DNA of 63,334 nt, filler included, from Deltaproteobacteria bacterium (lineage in GTDB: Bacteria > Myxococcota > JACRCW01): NCBI GenBank assembly GCA_016218805.1. It is 4 parts of 4 records of this genome, joined end to end, with 100 filler letters (N's around TTAATTAATTAA, not from the genome) between each part and the next. Parts side by side here need not be neighbours in the genome. Positions count along the whole stretch, not along the records: positions 20,989 to 42,838 come from JACRCW010000144.1; 3 more parts are not named here. One strand, 5' to 3'. Within the stretch, counting starts at the first letter, position 1; each line of letters opens with the position of its first letter. The position numbers and the translations under genes were made by a program. The notes beneath the pieces were generated by a model, which saw only the letters and a list, made by a program, of their open reading frames with translations, was not told the DNA's origin and did no database searches. Of the stretch, positions 21,197 to 32,312 are shown piece by piece.

Positions 21197-21790
21197 TCAC
21201 TCCCCCGGGCCGCGCAGCACGCTGACCGCGGAGGGGGACAGTTCGGTCCCGCGCAGCACCTCAAACTCCGTCCCGCGCTGCAGCGTCCACAGGTAGTGGC
21301 CGTCCGGCCCTTCAAACAGGTGCACGGTCCATGAGGCGCCACCCGGCGGCCGGGCCTCCACGCGCCGCTGCCGCCGCCACACCAGCCCCTCCAGCACAAA
21401 CTGCTCCGGCGGCGGCCACGCCAGCCCGGCGTCCGCCACCACCAGGCAGTACGTGGCCAGGGGGCCCGGGTCTTCGGAGACCACCACCGCGCCGCCCGCC
21501 GGAGCCAGCAGCCGCGCCACCAGCAGCGTGCGGCCCTCCACCGCCAGGCGGGTGACCTGTTCGGTGACCAGCTCCTCCTCCAGGTGCAGCACCACGTCAC
21601 CGGGGCGCAGCGAAAGCAGCTGGCCAAACACGTCCCCCTCCGCGTCATCCGGCCCCGGCGCGGGGGAACCCGTGCCGCTGCGCCGCCCCGGCAGTGCGCC
21701 AGCGGTCCCCGGCACCGTGCGCAGCTGCGCCAGCGCCAGCCCCATGCCAAACGCGCCCGCCGCCGTCATGCACACCAGGACCCAGAACAT
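21197..21790 (-). CDS. Hypothetical membrane-anchored protein (DUF4178-like)
   Basis: Hydrophobic N-terminus MFWVLVCMTAAGAFGMGLAL; LRPGDVV; C-terminal GTELSPSAVSVL. Confidence 0.5.
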   Translation of the reverse strand: MFWVLVCMTAAGAFGMGLALAQLRTVPGTAGALPGRRSGTGSPAPGPDDAEGDVFGQLLSLRPGDVVLHLEEELVTEQVTRLAVEGRTLLVARLLAPAGGAVVVSEDPGPLATYCLVVADAGLAWPPPEQFVLEGLVWRRQRRVEARPPGGASWTVHLFEGPDGHYLWTLQRGTEFEVLRGTELSPSAVSVLRGPGE

Positions 21791-21838
21791 TCCCACCACG
21801 CGCGCGGAGCGTGTTACACAGCCCGCCCTTCCGAGGCC

Positions 21839-22336
21839 ATGATGACCCACCCCACCCGCCGTTGTCTTCTCCCCCTGGTCATCGCCGTGTGCACGGGGGC
21901 GTGCGCCCACCAGGCGCTCATTGAGAGCGACCCTCCCGGTGCCGAGGTGTACGTCAACGGCGAGAAGATCGGCCTGACGCCCGTGGAGATTGAAGACGCG
22001 CCCGGCTGGAACCGCGACTACGAGATCACGCTGCGCAAGGACGGTTATGAGGCCAAGCAGGTCACCCTCACGCAGGACCAGTGGCACGTCCCGGGCCTGG
22101 TGGGCGCGGGTTGCTGCGGCGCGGCCGCCTGCGGCCTGCCCGCCATCTACTTCCTGCCCCGGTCCCGCACGCTGCTGGACCACTACAACTGGGCCCTCAA
22201 GCGCAAGGACCCGCTGCCGCCGCTGAGCCCGCCCCCCGCGGAGCCGCCGCCCGCGGTGCCGCCGTCTGACCCCGCACCGGCGCCCGCACCGGCTGCGCCC
22301 GGGGGCCTGACGCCCACCACCGGATTCAAGTATTGA
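21839..22336 (+). CDS. PEGA-domain lipoprotein
   Basis: TGAC lipobox; [27 protein letters not shown]. Confidence 0.8.
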   Translation: MMTHPTRRCLLPLVIAVCTGACAHQALIESDPPGAEVYVNGEKIGLTPVEIEDAPGWNRDYEITLRKDGYEAKQVTLTQDQWHVPGLVGAGCCGAAACGLPAIYFLPRSRTLLDHYNWALKRKDPLPPLSPPPAEPPPAVPPSDPAPAPAPAAPGGLTPTTGFKY

Positions 22337-22371
22337 CTGACCCGCCGCCCGGGAGGCGGACTGAGGAGCCC

Positions 22372-23283
<912 letters not shown>

Positions 23284-23326
23284 CGTCACCGGGTCGCCCA
23301 CCTTCCCTGCGCCCCGGTCGCCCGCC

Positions 23327-24643
23327 TCAACCGCCCGCCTGCAACCACAGCGCGCGCGCCGCGTCCGCCATGGCGGCGGCGGTGGGGCGCCGCGCCGGGT
23401 CTTCGCGCACGGCGGCGCGCACCAGGGCGCCCGCGCGCCGGTGCCACGCGCGGCTGTCACGCGTCAGCGGGCCCGGGTCCGGGGACGGGGTGCCCACCAG
23501 GCATTCGCGCAGCAGGACGCCCCAGGCAAACACATCCGCCCGCGCATCCCCCGCCCCCAGCGACGTCAACTCCGGCGCCATGTACGGCGGCGTGCCGGCC
23601 ACCTGGCCCATCAGCGCCGCCCCGGCCGCGCCAAAGTCCGCCAGCAACGGCCGTCCCAGCTCATCCAGAAGCACGTTGGAGGGCTTGAGGTCCAGGTGCA
23701 CCCCCCCCGCCGCGTGCACCGCGGCCAGCGTCTCCGCCAGGCGCGCGCAGGCTTGCATCGCTTCGGCATCAGGCAGCGGGCCGCAACTGAGCCGCGCGCG
23801 CAGTGATCCGCCCGCCACAAACGGCATCACCATCAGGTCACGCTCCGGCGTCACGTCCAGCACGCCCACCACGCCGGGACCCGCGTGGCGCGCGGCGGTG
23901 AGCGCCTCCTGGCGGATGCGTTCCGCCCGCAGCGCGGGGTCTCCGCGCGGGTGGAACACCTTGAGCGCCACGGTGCGCCCGGTGGCTTTTTCACGCGCGC
24001 GGAACAGCGTGGCGGCGCCACCGCGCCCCACCTCTTCCACCACCACGTAGCGGTCCCCCGCCGCGGTCTCGCCCCACAGGCGGCTGATGGACTGCCAGGC
24101 CTCCGGCGGCAGGCCGGCGTCACCCTCCAGGCGGGCCCGCGTGCGCCGCGCCTTCTCCCGGGACACCGCGTCCGCGGGGCGGCGGGCCAGCGCGCGCTCG
24201 TAGTGGCGGCGCGCCTGGGCCAGCTCGCCCTCATCCTCCGCCAGCTGGCCCAGATCCAGGTGCGCGCGGTGTGCATGCGCGGCCTCACGCGCCAGCAGCT
24301 CCAGCAGGCCGCGCGCCGGTTCGCGCTCACCGCGCGCCAGCAGCACTTCCACCAGCAGCACGCGCAGCTCATGGCTGCCGCCCTCCGCCAGCGCCTCAGA
24401 CAACAGCGTGCGCGCATGGCCGGTTTCCCCCAGTGACACCAGCTGACGCGCGTCCTGGAGCGCGAACTGCCGCGCGTACGCCCGCGCCCCCTCGCCGCGC
24501 AGCTGCGCGCGCGCGCGGGACAACAACGCGTCGGCCGGCGTGGCAGGCGGGGTGTCGTCGCGCGGCAGGGACTGCGGCGGCGGCGCCGCGGGGGCGGGCA
24601 CCGCGTCCCTCGTCGGGCCCCACAGCCGGCGCCACAGCGACAT
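23327..24643 (-). CDS. Ser/Thr protein kinase with N-terminal TPR region
   Basis: GRGGAA, VALK, HLDLKPSN, DFG, GTPPYMAPE, DVFAWG. Confidence 0.85.
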   Translation of the reverse strand: MSLWRRLWGPTRDAVPAPAAPPPQSLPRDDTPPATPADALLSRARAQLRGEGARAYARQFALQDARQLVSLGETGHARTLLSEALAEGGSHELRVLLVEVLLARGEREPARGLLELLAREAAHAHRAHLDLGQLAEDEGELAQARRHYERALARRPADAVSREKARRTRARLEGDAGLPPEAWQSISRLWGETAAGDRYVVVEEVGRGGAATLFRAREKATGRTVALKVFHPRGDPALRAERIRQEALTAARHAGPGVVGVLDVTPERDLMVMPFVAGGSLRARLSCGPLPDAEAMQACARLAETLAAVHAAGGVHLDLKPSNVLLDELGRPLLADFGAAGAALMGQVAGTPPYMAPELTSLGAGDARADVFAWGVLLRECLVGTPSPDPGPLTRDSRAWHRRAGALVRAAVREDPARRPTAAAMADAARALWLQAGG

Positions 24644-24827
24644 GCGCGGCAGGCTAGGCGCGCCCGGCAGGGGCAACAACCCGCGCGGGTCTCGTCGATC
24701 TCCGCCGGCGCAGAGGTTTGACACCCCCATCCATGGTGTCTAGCTTGCGCGCGCCCTTCGAGGGGTGGTCGTCGGCGTGCGCGCCCCCGCCCCCCCGGAT
24801 GACGGCGGAAGGCGGTATTTCCGAGAG

Positions 24828-26504
24828 ATGTCTTCGCTTCCCGAGCCCCGTCCACCGGGGCTGGATGGCGGTCCTGGCGGCCAGGATTCGCGGCGGTTTG
24901 TGGTGGTGCTGGCCCTCTCCATGGGGCTGATGGTGGTGATGCAGTCATTTGCACCGCCGCCCAAGAAGAAGGCACCGCCTGCGGACAAACCCGCCGTGAC
25001 CGCCCCGGTGGCACCCGCCGCCGCGGCCGCGCCGGGAGAGGCGGCGCCCGCCACGCCGGAGGATGCGCCCGCCCCCGAGCACGTGCTGGAGCTGGGCGGG
25101 AAGGTGGTGCGGCTGGGGGTGAGCACGCACGGCGGGCGGGTGGTGCGCGCGGAGTTGGACGGCTTCAAGGAGAGCCGCGGCGCGGACGCGGTGCCGGCCA
25201 AGGCGCGCCGGCACGTGGACGTGGCGGGGGACCGCGGCGCGCTGGCGCTGGCCTTTGACGGGCTGGCGGCGGGTGCCAGCTACCGCGCGGTGGAGGCGGA
25301 CGGCCGGCACGCGGTGCTGGAGCGGGACGGCGGCGGCTGGCATGTGACGCGGAAGTTCGCCGTGATGGAGGATGAACACGGGCTGCGCACGGACACCGTG
25401 GTGCGCAACACCGGCGCGGCGGCGCGGTCCTTCACGCCCGCCCTGGAGTTCACCGCCAGGATCCACCCGTCGGAGCATTCGGGCGGCGGGTTTCTGTCCG
25501 CCGGCGTGCCTACGGACCAGACCGGGTTTCTGTGCCAGACGGCGGAGACGCTGCACCGCGAGATTGCCGTCAGCCTCAAGGAGCCCAAGGCCATGGCGGG
25601 CAGCGTGAAGTGGGCCGGCATTGACCGGCAGTACTTCATTGCGGCGGCGGCGTTCCGGGACAACCCGCCCTCAGACTGCCGTGCGGAGGTCAAGGGTGAC
25701 CAGGCGCAGCTGCGCATCAGCTGGCCCGCCGTGGAGCTGGGGCCGGGGGCGGAGTGGAAGGCGGGCGCGGACGCGTACTTTGGCCCCAAGCACGAATCCC
25801 TGCTCACCAAGGTCAACCCCGTGCTGGGTGACGCCATTGACTACGGCTGGTTTGGCGCGCTGGTGCGGCTGCTCCTCAAGCTGCTGCTGTGGTTCTACGA
25901 GCTCATCCCCAACTACGGCATTGCCATCATGCTGCTGACCCTCAGCGTGAAACTGGCCACGCTGCCGCTGACGCAGCGGACCTTTGTCAGCCAGCAGCGC
26001 ATGAAGTCCCTGGCGCCCAAGATCAAGGAGCTGCAGGCCAAGTACGCGCATGACCGCGCCATGCAGGGGCAGAAGATGATGGACCTGTACAAGCAGGAGA
26101 ACGCCAGCCCGTTTGACGGCTGCTTCCCCATGCTGGTGCAGATGCCCATCTGGATTGCGCTGTACCGGACGCTGTACACAGCCGTGGAGCTCTACCAGCA
26201 GCCGTTCATCTCCGGCTGGATGGATGACCTCACGCAGAAGGACCCGTTCTACATCACGCCGGTGGCGCTGGGGGCCGTCATGCTGGTGCAGGCGTGGCTG
26301 ACGCCGGTGCCGCCGGACCAGCCGCAGATGAAGTACATGCAGTACGGCATGCCCGTCTTCTTCACGACGATCATGCTGGCCCTGCCGGCGGGCCTGACGG
26401 TGTACATGCTCACCAACACCGTCTTGACCATCCTGCAGCAGCTTTATATCAAGCGGCGGTTCGGAACCCCGGACACGCCGGCCCCTGCGACGGGAAGCGC
26501 CTGA
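24828..26504 (+). CDS. yidC: Membrane protein insertase YidC
   Basis: IDYGWFG, NYGIAI, PKIKELQAKY, GCFPMLVQMPIW, DLTQKDP, PAGL. Confidence 0.95.
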   Translation: MSSLPEPRPPGLDGGPGGQDSRRFVVVLALSMGLMVVMQSFAPPPKKKAPPADKPAVTAPVAPAAAAAPGEAAPATPEDAPAPEHVLELGGKVVRLGVSTHGGRVVRAELDGFKESRGADAVPAKARRHVDVAGDRGALALAFDGLAAGASYRAVEADGRHAVLERDGGGWHVTRKFAVMEDEHGLRTDTVVRNTGAAARSFTPALEFTARIHPSEHSGGGFLSAGVPTDQTGFLCQTAETLHREIAVSLKEPKAMAGSVKWAGIDRQYFIAAAAFRDNPPSDCRAEVKGDQAQLRISWPAVELGPGAEWKAGADAYFGPKHESLLTKVNPVLGDAIDYGWFGALVRLLLKLLLWFYELIPNYGIAIMLLTLSVKLATLPLTQRTFVSQQRMKSLAPKIKELQAKYAHDRAMQGQKMMDLYKQENASPFDGCFPMLVQMPIWIALYRTLYTAVELYQQPFISGWMDDLTQKDPFYITPVALGAVMLVQAWLTPVPPDQPQMKYMQYGMPVFFTTIMLALPAGLTVYMLTNTVLTILQQLYIKRRFGTPDTPAPATGSA

Positions 26505-26589
26505 GGCGCCCCACGGGCAGAAGCGCAGCACGCACGCGGCAGCACCGTTGGCCGCGCCCAAGCGAAGGATTCCCTGGAGGAAGGCCACC

Positions 26590-27966
26590 ATGGTGTACAC
26601 CGGCCAGCCGCGCCACCGCCGCGGTCACTCGAACGACGACAGCATTGGCAACCGCAAGCGTCCGCAGGATGTGGAGCGCAACCTCCCGGAGGACATAGGC
26701 AACCGCCGCGTCCCCGGCGAAGACGACGACGGGGATTCTCCGGATGACCTGGGCAACCGCCTGGGCGGTCCCGCGCCGTGGAGCCGCACGTTCCTGCGCG
26801 GCAAGGGCGGCCGGCGGGGCAAGCGCTCGCCCGTGTACAAGGACATGGAGGCCATCTACGCGCAGCAGGGCGAAGGCGTGCCGCGCATGTTCCGCCCGGG
26901 CTTCCGCGCCACGCCCAACGGCGAGCTGGCGGCATTGGCCGCGGACGGGTCCCTCAAGCCGCTGGGCATGTCCGCGCACACCGGCGAGCGCGTGGGTGGC
27001 GGCGGCGGCGGGCCGGACCGCGGGGAGCGCGGCGAGGGCGGCCCGGAGCTGGCCGGCGGCCCCGACGAGGGCATGATGGACGGCGAGGGACGCCGCAAGC
27101 GCCGCCGCCGCCGCAAGCGCCGGGGCGAGGGCTACGGCGGCGGGCCGGAGGTGCAGGGTCAGGCGGGGGCGCAGCACGCGGGTCCCCCGCAGGGTCAGCC
27201 GCCGCAGGGCGGGGGCCACGCCGGCGGGCACGGTGGCGGCCATGGCGGCGGGTTTGAGGAGGATGACGACGGTTTCCGCTACCAGCTCAAGAGCGACCCC
27301 GAGGACAAGCGCAAGGCCGCGCTGGCCGCGTCCGAGGAGATCCTCAAGCACTCCGGGCGCACCCGGGCCACCGCCACCGCGCGCGTGGTGCAGGAGACGC
27401 ACGGCCCCCGCGTGGTGGTGGAGATAGGCGACAAGGGCACGGACGGCGGGCTGTTTGCACGCGGGACGGCGGCGCTGAGCGCCATGACGTTCCTGGTCAA
27501 CAAGATCATCAACCGTTACCCGGATGACCGCATCCGCCTGGCCATTGTGGAGGCGGGCACCTGGACCCCGGCGGTGCCGGCACCGTCCGCGGCGGCGGCC
27601 GCTCCGCCCGCTCCCGCCGCGGCGGCCGCACCGGCGGTGGTGCCGCCCCCCGCCCCCGCTGCCCCGCCGCCCGCCCCGGTGGCGCCTCCCGCGCCCCCCG
27701 CGGCGGCGGTGCAGGAGGAGGAGCCGGAAGAAGAGGACGAGGAGGAGGCCTCCGGCGCGGAGGACGCGGGCGACGAGGGCGAAGAAGGCGACACCCCCGC
27801 CGGCGAGGAAGGCGGCGGGGAGGCGGAGGCACCCGCCCGCAAGTCCGCCGCCCGCCGGGCCACCGCCACCCGCACCACCACGCGCAAGCCGGCCAAGCGC
27901 GGGACCACCGAGGGGACGCCCGTCGCGCGCCGGAAGGTCAGCCCGCGCAAGACGCCCGCCAAGTGA
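26590..27966 (+). CDS. Jag/EloR(KhpB)-like RNA-binding protein with divergent KH domain and long disordered regions
   Basis: Directly downstream of yidC; VVVEIGD..GLFARGTAALSAMTFLVNKIINR resembles the Jag KH domain; no R3H motif seen. Confidence 0.6.
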   Translation: MVYTGQPRHRRGHSNDDSIGNRKRPQDVERNLPEDIGNRRVPGEDDDGDSPDDLGNRLGGPAPWSRTFLRGKGGRRGKRSPVYKDMEAIYAQQGEGVPRMFRPGFRATPNGELAALAADGSLKPLGMSAHTGERVGGGGGGPDRGERGEGGPELAGGPDEGMMDGEGRRKRRRRRKRRGEGYGGGPEVQGQAGAQHAGPPQGQPPQGGGHAGGHGGGHGGGFEEDDDGFRYQLKSDPEDKRKAALAASEEILKHSGRTRATATARVVQETHGPRVVVEIGDKGTDGGLFARGTAALSAMTFLVNKIINRYPDDRIRLAIVEAGTWTPAVPAPSAAAAAPPAPAAAAAPAVVPPPAPAAPPPAPVAPPAPPAAAVQEEEPEEEDEEEASGAEDAGDEGEEGDTPAGEEGGGEAEAPARKSAARRATATRTTTRKPAKRGTTEGTPVARRKVSPRKTPAK

Positions 27967-28078
27967 GCCGCCCCCCCGCCCGTTGACGGCGGGGGCCCGG
28001 CGGCAGGAACGTCCCCGGCCCCTGGGGAGCGACCCCCCACATCCTCGTCGGCGGGCGCCAGGGCAGCGGAGGGAGTTC

Positions 28079-28384
28079 ATGTTCAGCCGTTCAACGATGT
28101 CCGCCATGGTGGGCGGCGTGGCCCTGGGCGCCGGGATTGCCGCCGCGGTGCTGGCCCAGGCCCAGGAGGACCCCAACGTCACCCGCGTCATGGTGGCCCA
28201 GCCGGCGCCCACCCCCGGCATGCGGGCGCTGCCCCCGGATCAGCAGCACCTGCATGTGCAGGCGCTGGCCGCGGACACCTTCATCACCGTGAAGGATCAC
28301 GGGGATTCGCAGACGGTCAGCGTCTTCAAGCTGGACCCCAAGGGCATCAACCACATGACCCACAAGGCCAAGTTCTTCTTCTGA
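28079..28384 (+). CDS. Small secreted hypothetical protein
   Basis: GGGAG RBS; signal-like MVGGVALGAGIAAAVLAQA; 101 aa. Confidence 0.65.
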   Translation: MFSRSTMSAMVGGVALGAGIAAAVLAQAQEDPNVTRVMVAQPAPTPGMRALPPDQQHLHVQALAADTFITVKDHGDSQTVSVFKLDPKGINHMTHKAKFFF

Positions 28385-28452
28385 TTCAGGCAACTTGAGA
28401 CGCCCGGCCGCGCGCAGGAGCGGCGGGGGCGCCCGCGGGAAACCACCTCATT

Positions 28453-28486
28453 CTGCACGGCGGTTCAGCTTGAACCGTTGTTCAGT
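28453..28486. promoter_or_regulatory. Two tandem LexA (SOS) boxes upstream of recA
   Basis: CTGCACGGCGGTTCAGC (28453-28469) and TTGAACCGTTGTTCAGT (28470-28486) resemble the Myxococcus LexA consensus CTRHAMRYBYGTTCAGS; the second has an exact GAAC-N4-GTTC core. Confidence 0.8.
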
Positions 28487-28615
28487 GTGCTGTACAGGTG
28501 TGCCCGTGCCACGGCGGCTCCCGCGTTGGGAGCGCTTTCCGAGGGCGAGAAGGGGTTGCACAAGTCCATGCTGACGCAGGAGACCACGCCGTCCAACGGC
28601 ACCAGGATCGCACCG

Positions 28616-29710
<1,095 letters not shown>

Positions 29711-29798
29711 GGGGGACGGACGTTCGAGAGGGAGCGATCCCTCGCGATGGGTGCCGCCACGCGCCGGGATCGCAGCCCCGGCGCGCGGCGGGCCCGGT

Positions 29799-30736
29799 TC
29801 ACCCGGGGGGAGTTCCAGCAGGGCCTGCACCAGCGGGCGGACCAGGTCAGGGTCGCGCATGGCGGTGAGCCAGCGGTCCGGGAGGGCGCGGATGCCGTCC
29901 CGCAGCCCGGCGATGCCGCCCGCTACACACGCGGTGGTGTCGGTGTCATTCCCCAGCGACACGGCGGCGCGCACCGCCGCTTCATAGCCGCGCCCGCTGA
30001 CCGCCCAGCGGGCGCTGTGCAGCGTGTCCACGACGTAACCGCTGCCGCGCGGGGGTTTCTCGCCGGCTGGGAGGATGACGGTGTGCAGCTCGTGGGCAAG
30101 GGCGGGGAGGTCCGCGTACAGCCCGGTGAGCGTGCGGACCGCGTCCTCCCACGGTTCAGGGTGCTCCTGGAGGATGCGGCGGGCCCACAGGCAGTAGAGG
30201 GCGCAGCAGGCCTGGGAGCGCGGGTGGGCGTGGGTGGGCAGGGACTGGCGGTGCGCGTCCAGGGCCAGGTCACGGTCCGTTCCCCGGTGCCAGGCCGCCA
30301 GCGGCAGGACGCGCATCAGGGCCCCGTTGCCGTTGTCCCGCTCGCCGTCCAGGCCGGAGCGCGCGGCCGGCGTGCCGGACCGGAAGCGGGCCAGCGCCTG
30401 GCGCGTGGTGATTCCCACGTCAAACACCAGGCCATCCACCGCCAGGTAGCCGTGCTCCAGCCAGTTGGCCAGGCGCCGGGCCAGGTCCTCCTCGTCCAGC
30501 CGGCCGCAGTGCAACAGCGAATCCAGCAGGCACAGTGCCTGGGCGCCGTCGTCACTCCAAGTGCCGGGGGCGATGCCACCGTGCGAGCGGCGGAACCCCG
30601 TCGGCGGGACCAGGTCGATGCGCTCCACGGAGGGCAGCGCGGACGCCTGCTGGAATTCGTACGGCACACCAACCGCGTCGCCCACCAGCAAGCCCCAGAT
30701 GCCTCCCTCCAGCCGCTCCGCCGTCGACAGCGTCAT
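29799..30736 (-). CDS. ADP-ribosylglycohydrolase (DraG/ARH family); 3' end uncertain, no in-frame stop until 28448
   Basis: GLLVGDAVGVPYEF, GTWSDD, FDVG, NGNGALMR, PTHAH, GNDTDTTACVAG; GAGGG RBS. Confidence 0.88.
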
Positions 30737-30755
30737 GTGAATTCCCTCTTGGGTG

Positions 30756-30776
30756 TTGGTGTTTGTATTACACCAA
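30756..30776. promoter_or_regulatory. 21-bp palindromic operator, NrtR-like (GT-N7-AC)
   Basis: TTGGTGT-TTGTATT-ACACCAA about 20 nt upstream of the ADP-ribosylglycohydrolase start; an AT-rich patch in GC-rich DNA. Confidence 0.7.
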
Positions 30777-30849
30777 TGGGCAGGGCCGGGCAAGCGTGCG
30801 GATCGCCGTGGCGGCCGGTACGTAGGCGACCATGCTGGTGCCGGTGGTG

Positions 30850-31722
30850 ATGGAGGTATCCCGGAGGGCGTTCCTGTCCGGCCTGATGACGGGACTGGGG
30901 CAGGTGATGCTGCCGGCGCCCGGGCGGAGGCTGGAGCCAACATTGTTCCGGGTGAACGTGCCGGTGCGCGGGCTGCCGCGGACGCTGGACGGGCTGCGCA
31001 TTGGGCAGGTTTCAGACACGCACATTGGGGCGGTGCTGGGGGTGGACCACCTGCGGCGCGCGCTGGACCTGTTGCGGCGGGACCCGCCGGAGATCCTGGT
31101 GGCCACCGGGGACCTGGTGGATGACGCGGGGTTGGCGCGGCCGTGCCTGGATGAGTTGGCGTCCATCCGCGCGGGGCTGGGGCGCTTCTACATCCTGGGC
31201 AACCATGAGAACTACGCGGGCCGGGAGCGCATCATTGACGAGGCGATGCGGCACCCGCACGTGCGCCTGCTGCTGGACGCAGGTCACCTGGTCCATGAAG
31301 GCGGCATCCGGGTCCACGTGGCGGGCCTGGACTATCCGCGGGAGGAGGACACGCGGGTGGCCTTCCACGCGTCGCCGTTGCCGCACGTGGTCATCCAGCG
31401 CATCCAGCCGCGGCTCCCGGAGAGGCTGCGGGCCGCCAGCCAGGCGGCGGACGAGGGCGACTTCCGGCTGCGGCTGGTCCACCACCCGGACGCGTGGACG
31501 GCCATGGCGGGGGACGCCGCGGAGCTGACGCTGTCCGGGCACACGCACGGCGGGCAGGTGGCGCCGCTGGGGACCATGCTGGCGCACAGCGCGTTTGCGT
31601 ACGTGCTGGGGATGTATGAACGGCCCGGCCAGCACCTGTACGTGAACGGCGGCACGGGCCACTGGCTGCCGCTGCGCTCCGTGCCCGCCGAGGTCACGTT
31701 GTTGACGCTGCGACGGGTGTGA
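30850..31722 (+). CDS. Calcineurin-like metallophosphoesterase (YkuE/YaeI-like), possible Tat signal
   Basis: SRRAFL; SDTH, TGDLVD, GNHE, HHP, GHTHGGQ. Confidence 0.88.
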   Translation: MEVSRRAFLSGLMTGLGQVMLPAPGRRLEPTLFRVNVPVRGLPRTLDGLRIGQVSDTHIGAVLGVDHLRRALDLLRRDPPEILVATGDLVDDAGLARPCLDELASIRAGLGRFYILGNHENYAGRERIIDEAMRHPHVRLLLDAGHLVHEGGIRVHVAGLDYPREEDTRVAFHASPLPHVVIQRIQPRLPERLRAASQAADEGDFRLRLVHHPDAWTAMAGDAAELTLSGHTHGGQVAPLGTMLAHSAFAYVLGMYERPGQHLYVNGGTGHWLPLRSVPAEVTLLTLRRV

Positions 31723-31743
31723 CCGCTTCCAAGGAGGAAGAAA

Positions 31744-32301
31744 TCAGCAGCCGGTGCCGACGGGGCGGTCCCCACCGCCACCGCTGGGGCGCGACGGGGA
31801 CGCGCAACCGGTGGAAACGGGCCGCGAGGGCGTGGACGGCCGCGAGGGCGCGGGGGACGCGCAACCGGTGGAAACGGGCCGCGAAGGCGTGGACGGCCGT
31901 GAGGGCGCGGGGGACGCGCAACCGGTGGAAACGGGCCGCGAAGGCGCCGGCGAGGAACACCCGGTGGACACCGAGCCACCGTCGTCGGTGGGCTTCTTGG
32001 CCGCCACGTTCAGCAGGCGCGCGGCCAGCGGGGACAGGCGCTTGCGTTCCTCGGTATCCAGCTTGCCGTCGCGGTCCTTGTCCGCGCGCGTGACCTCGGT
32101 GCCAATCTGCTTGAGGGCCTGCTTGAGGCGCGGCACGCTGACCGACGAGGTGCAGCCGGTCTGCAGCGTCTTGGCCAGCTCCTTGAGCCCCTGCTGCTTG
32201 ATGGCGCCGACGTCGACGGAGCCCTTGGGGCCCACCTGCTTCTCAATGCGCTCCAGGGCGCGTTCCACGGGTAACATGCGGGCTTGGGCATTGATCTTCA
32301 T
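31744..32301 (-). CDS. Putative radical-SAM substrate/RiPP precursor with six TGC motifs and an EF-hand-like loop
   Basis: 185 aa (189 if started at ATG 32313, which overlaps the rSAM stop as TGATG); Cys only at QTGC, STGC x4 and the terminal GTGC; DKDRDGKLDTEE. Confidence 0.75.
   Translation of the reverse strand: MKINAQARMLPVERALERIEKQVGPKGSVDVGAIKQQGLKELAKTLQTGCTSSVSVPRLKQALKQIGTEVTRADKDRDGKLDTEERKRLSPLAARLLNVAAKKPTDDGGSVSTGCSSPAPSRPVSTGCASPAPSRPSTPSRPVSTGCASPAPSRPSTPSRPVSTGCASPSRPSGGGGDRPVGTGC
31797..31970. repeat. 57-nt coding tandem repeat (19 aa STGCASPAPSRPSTPSRPV)
   Basis: GCAACCGGTGGAAACGGGCCGCGA recurs at 31804, 31861 and 31918. Confidence 0.92.
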
Positions 32302-32312
32302 GATTCCCCTCA

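Noticed and set aside
31797..31970. CRISPR-like repeat
   Set aside because: The 57-nt period is in frame within a CDS and the intervening sequences are near-identical.
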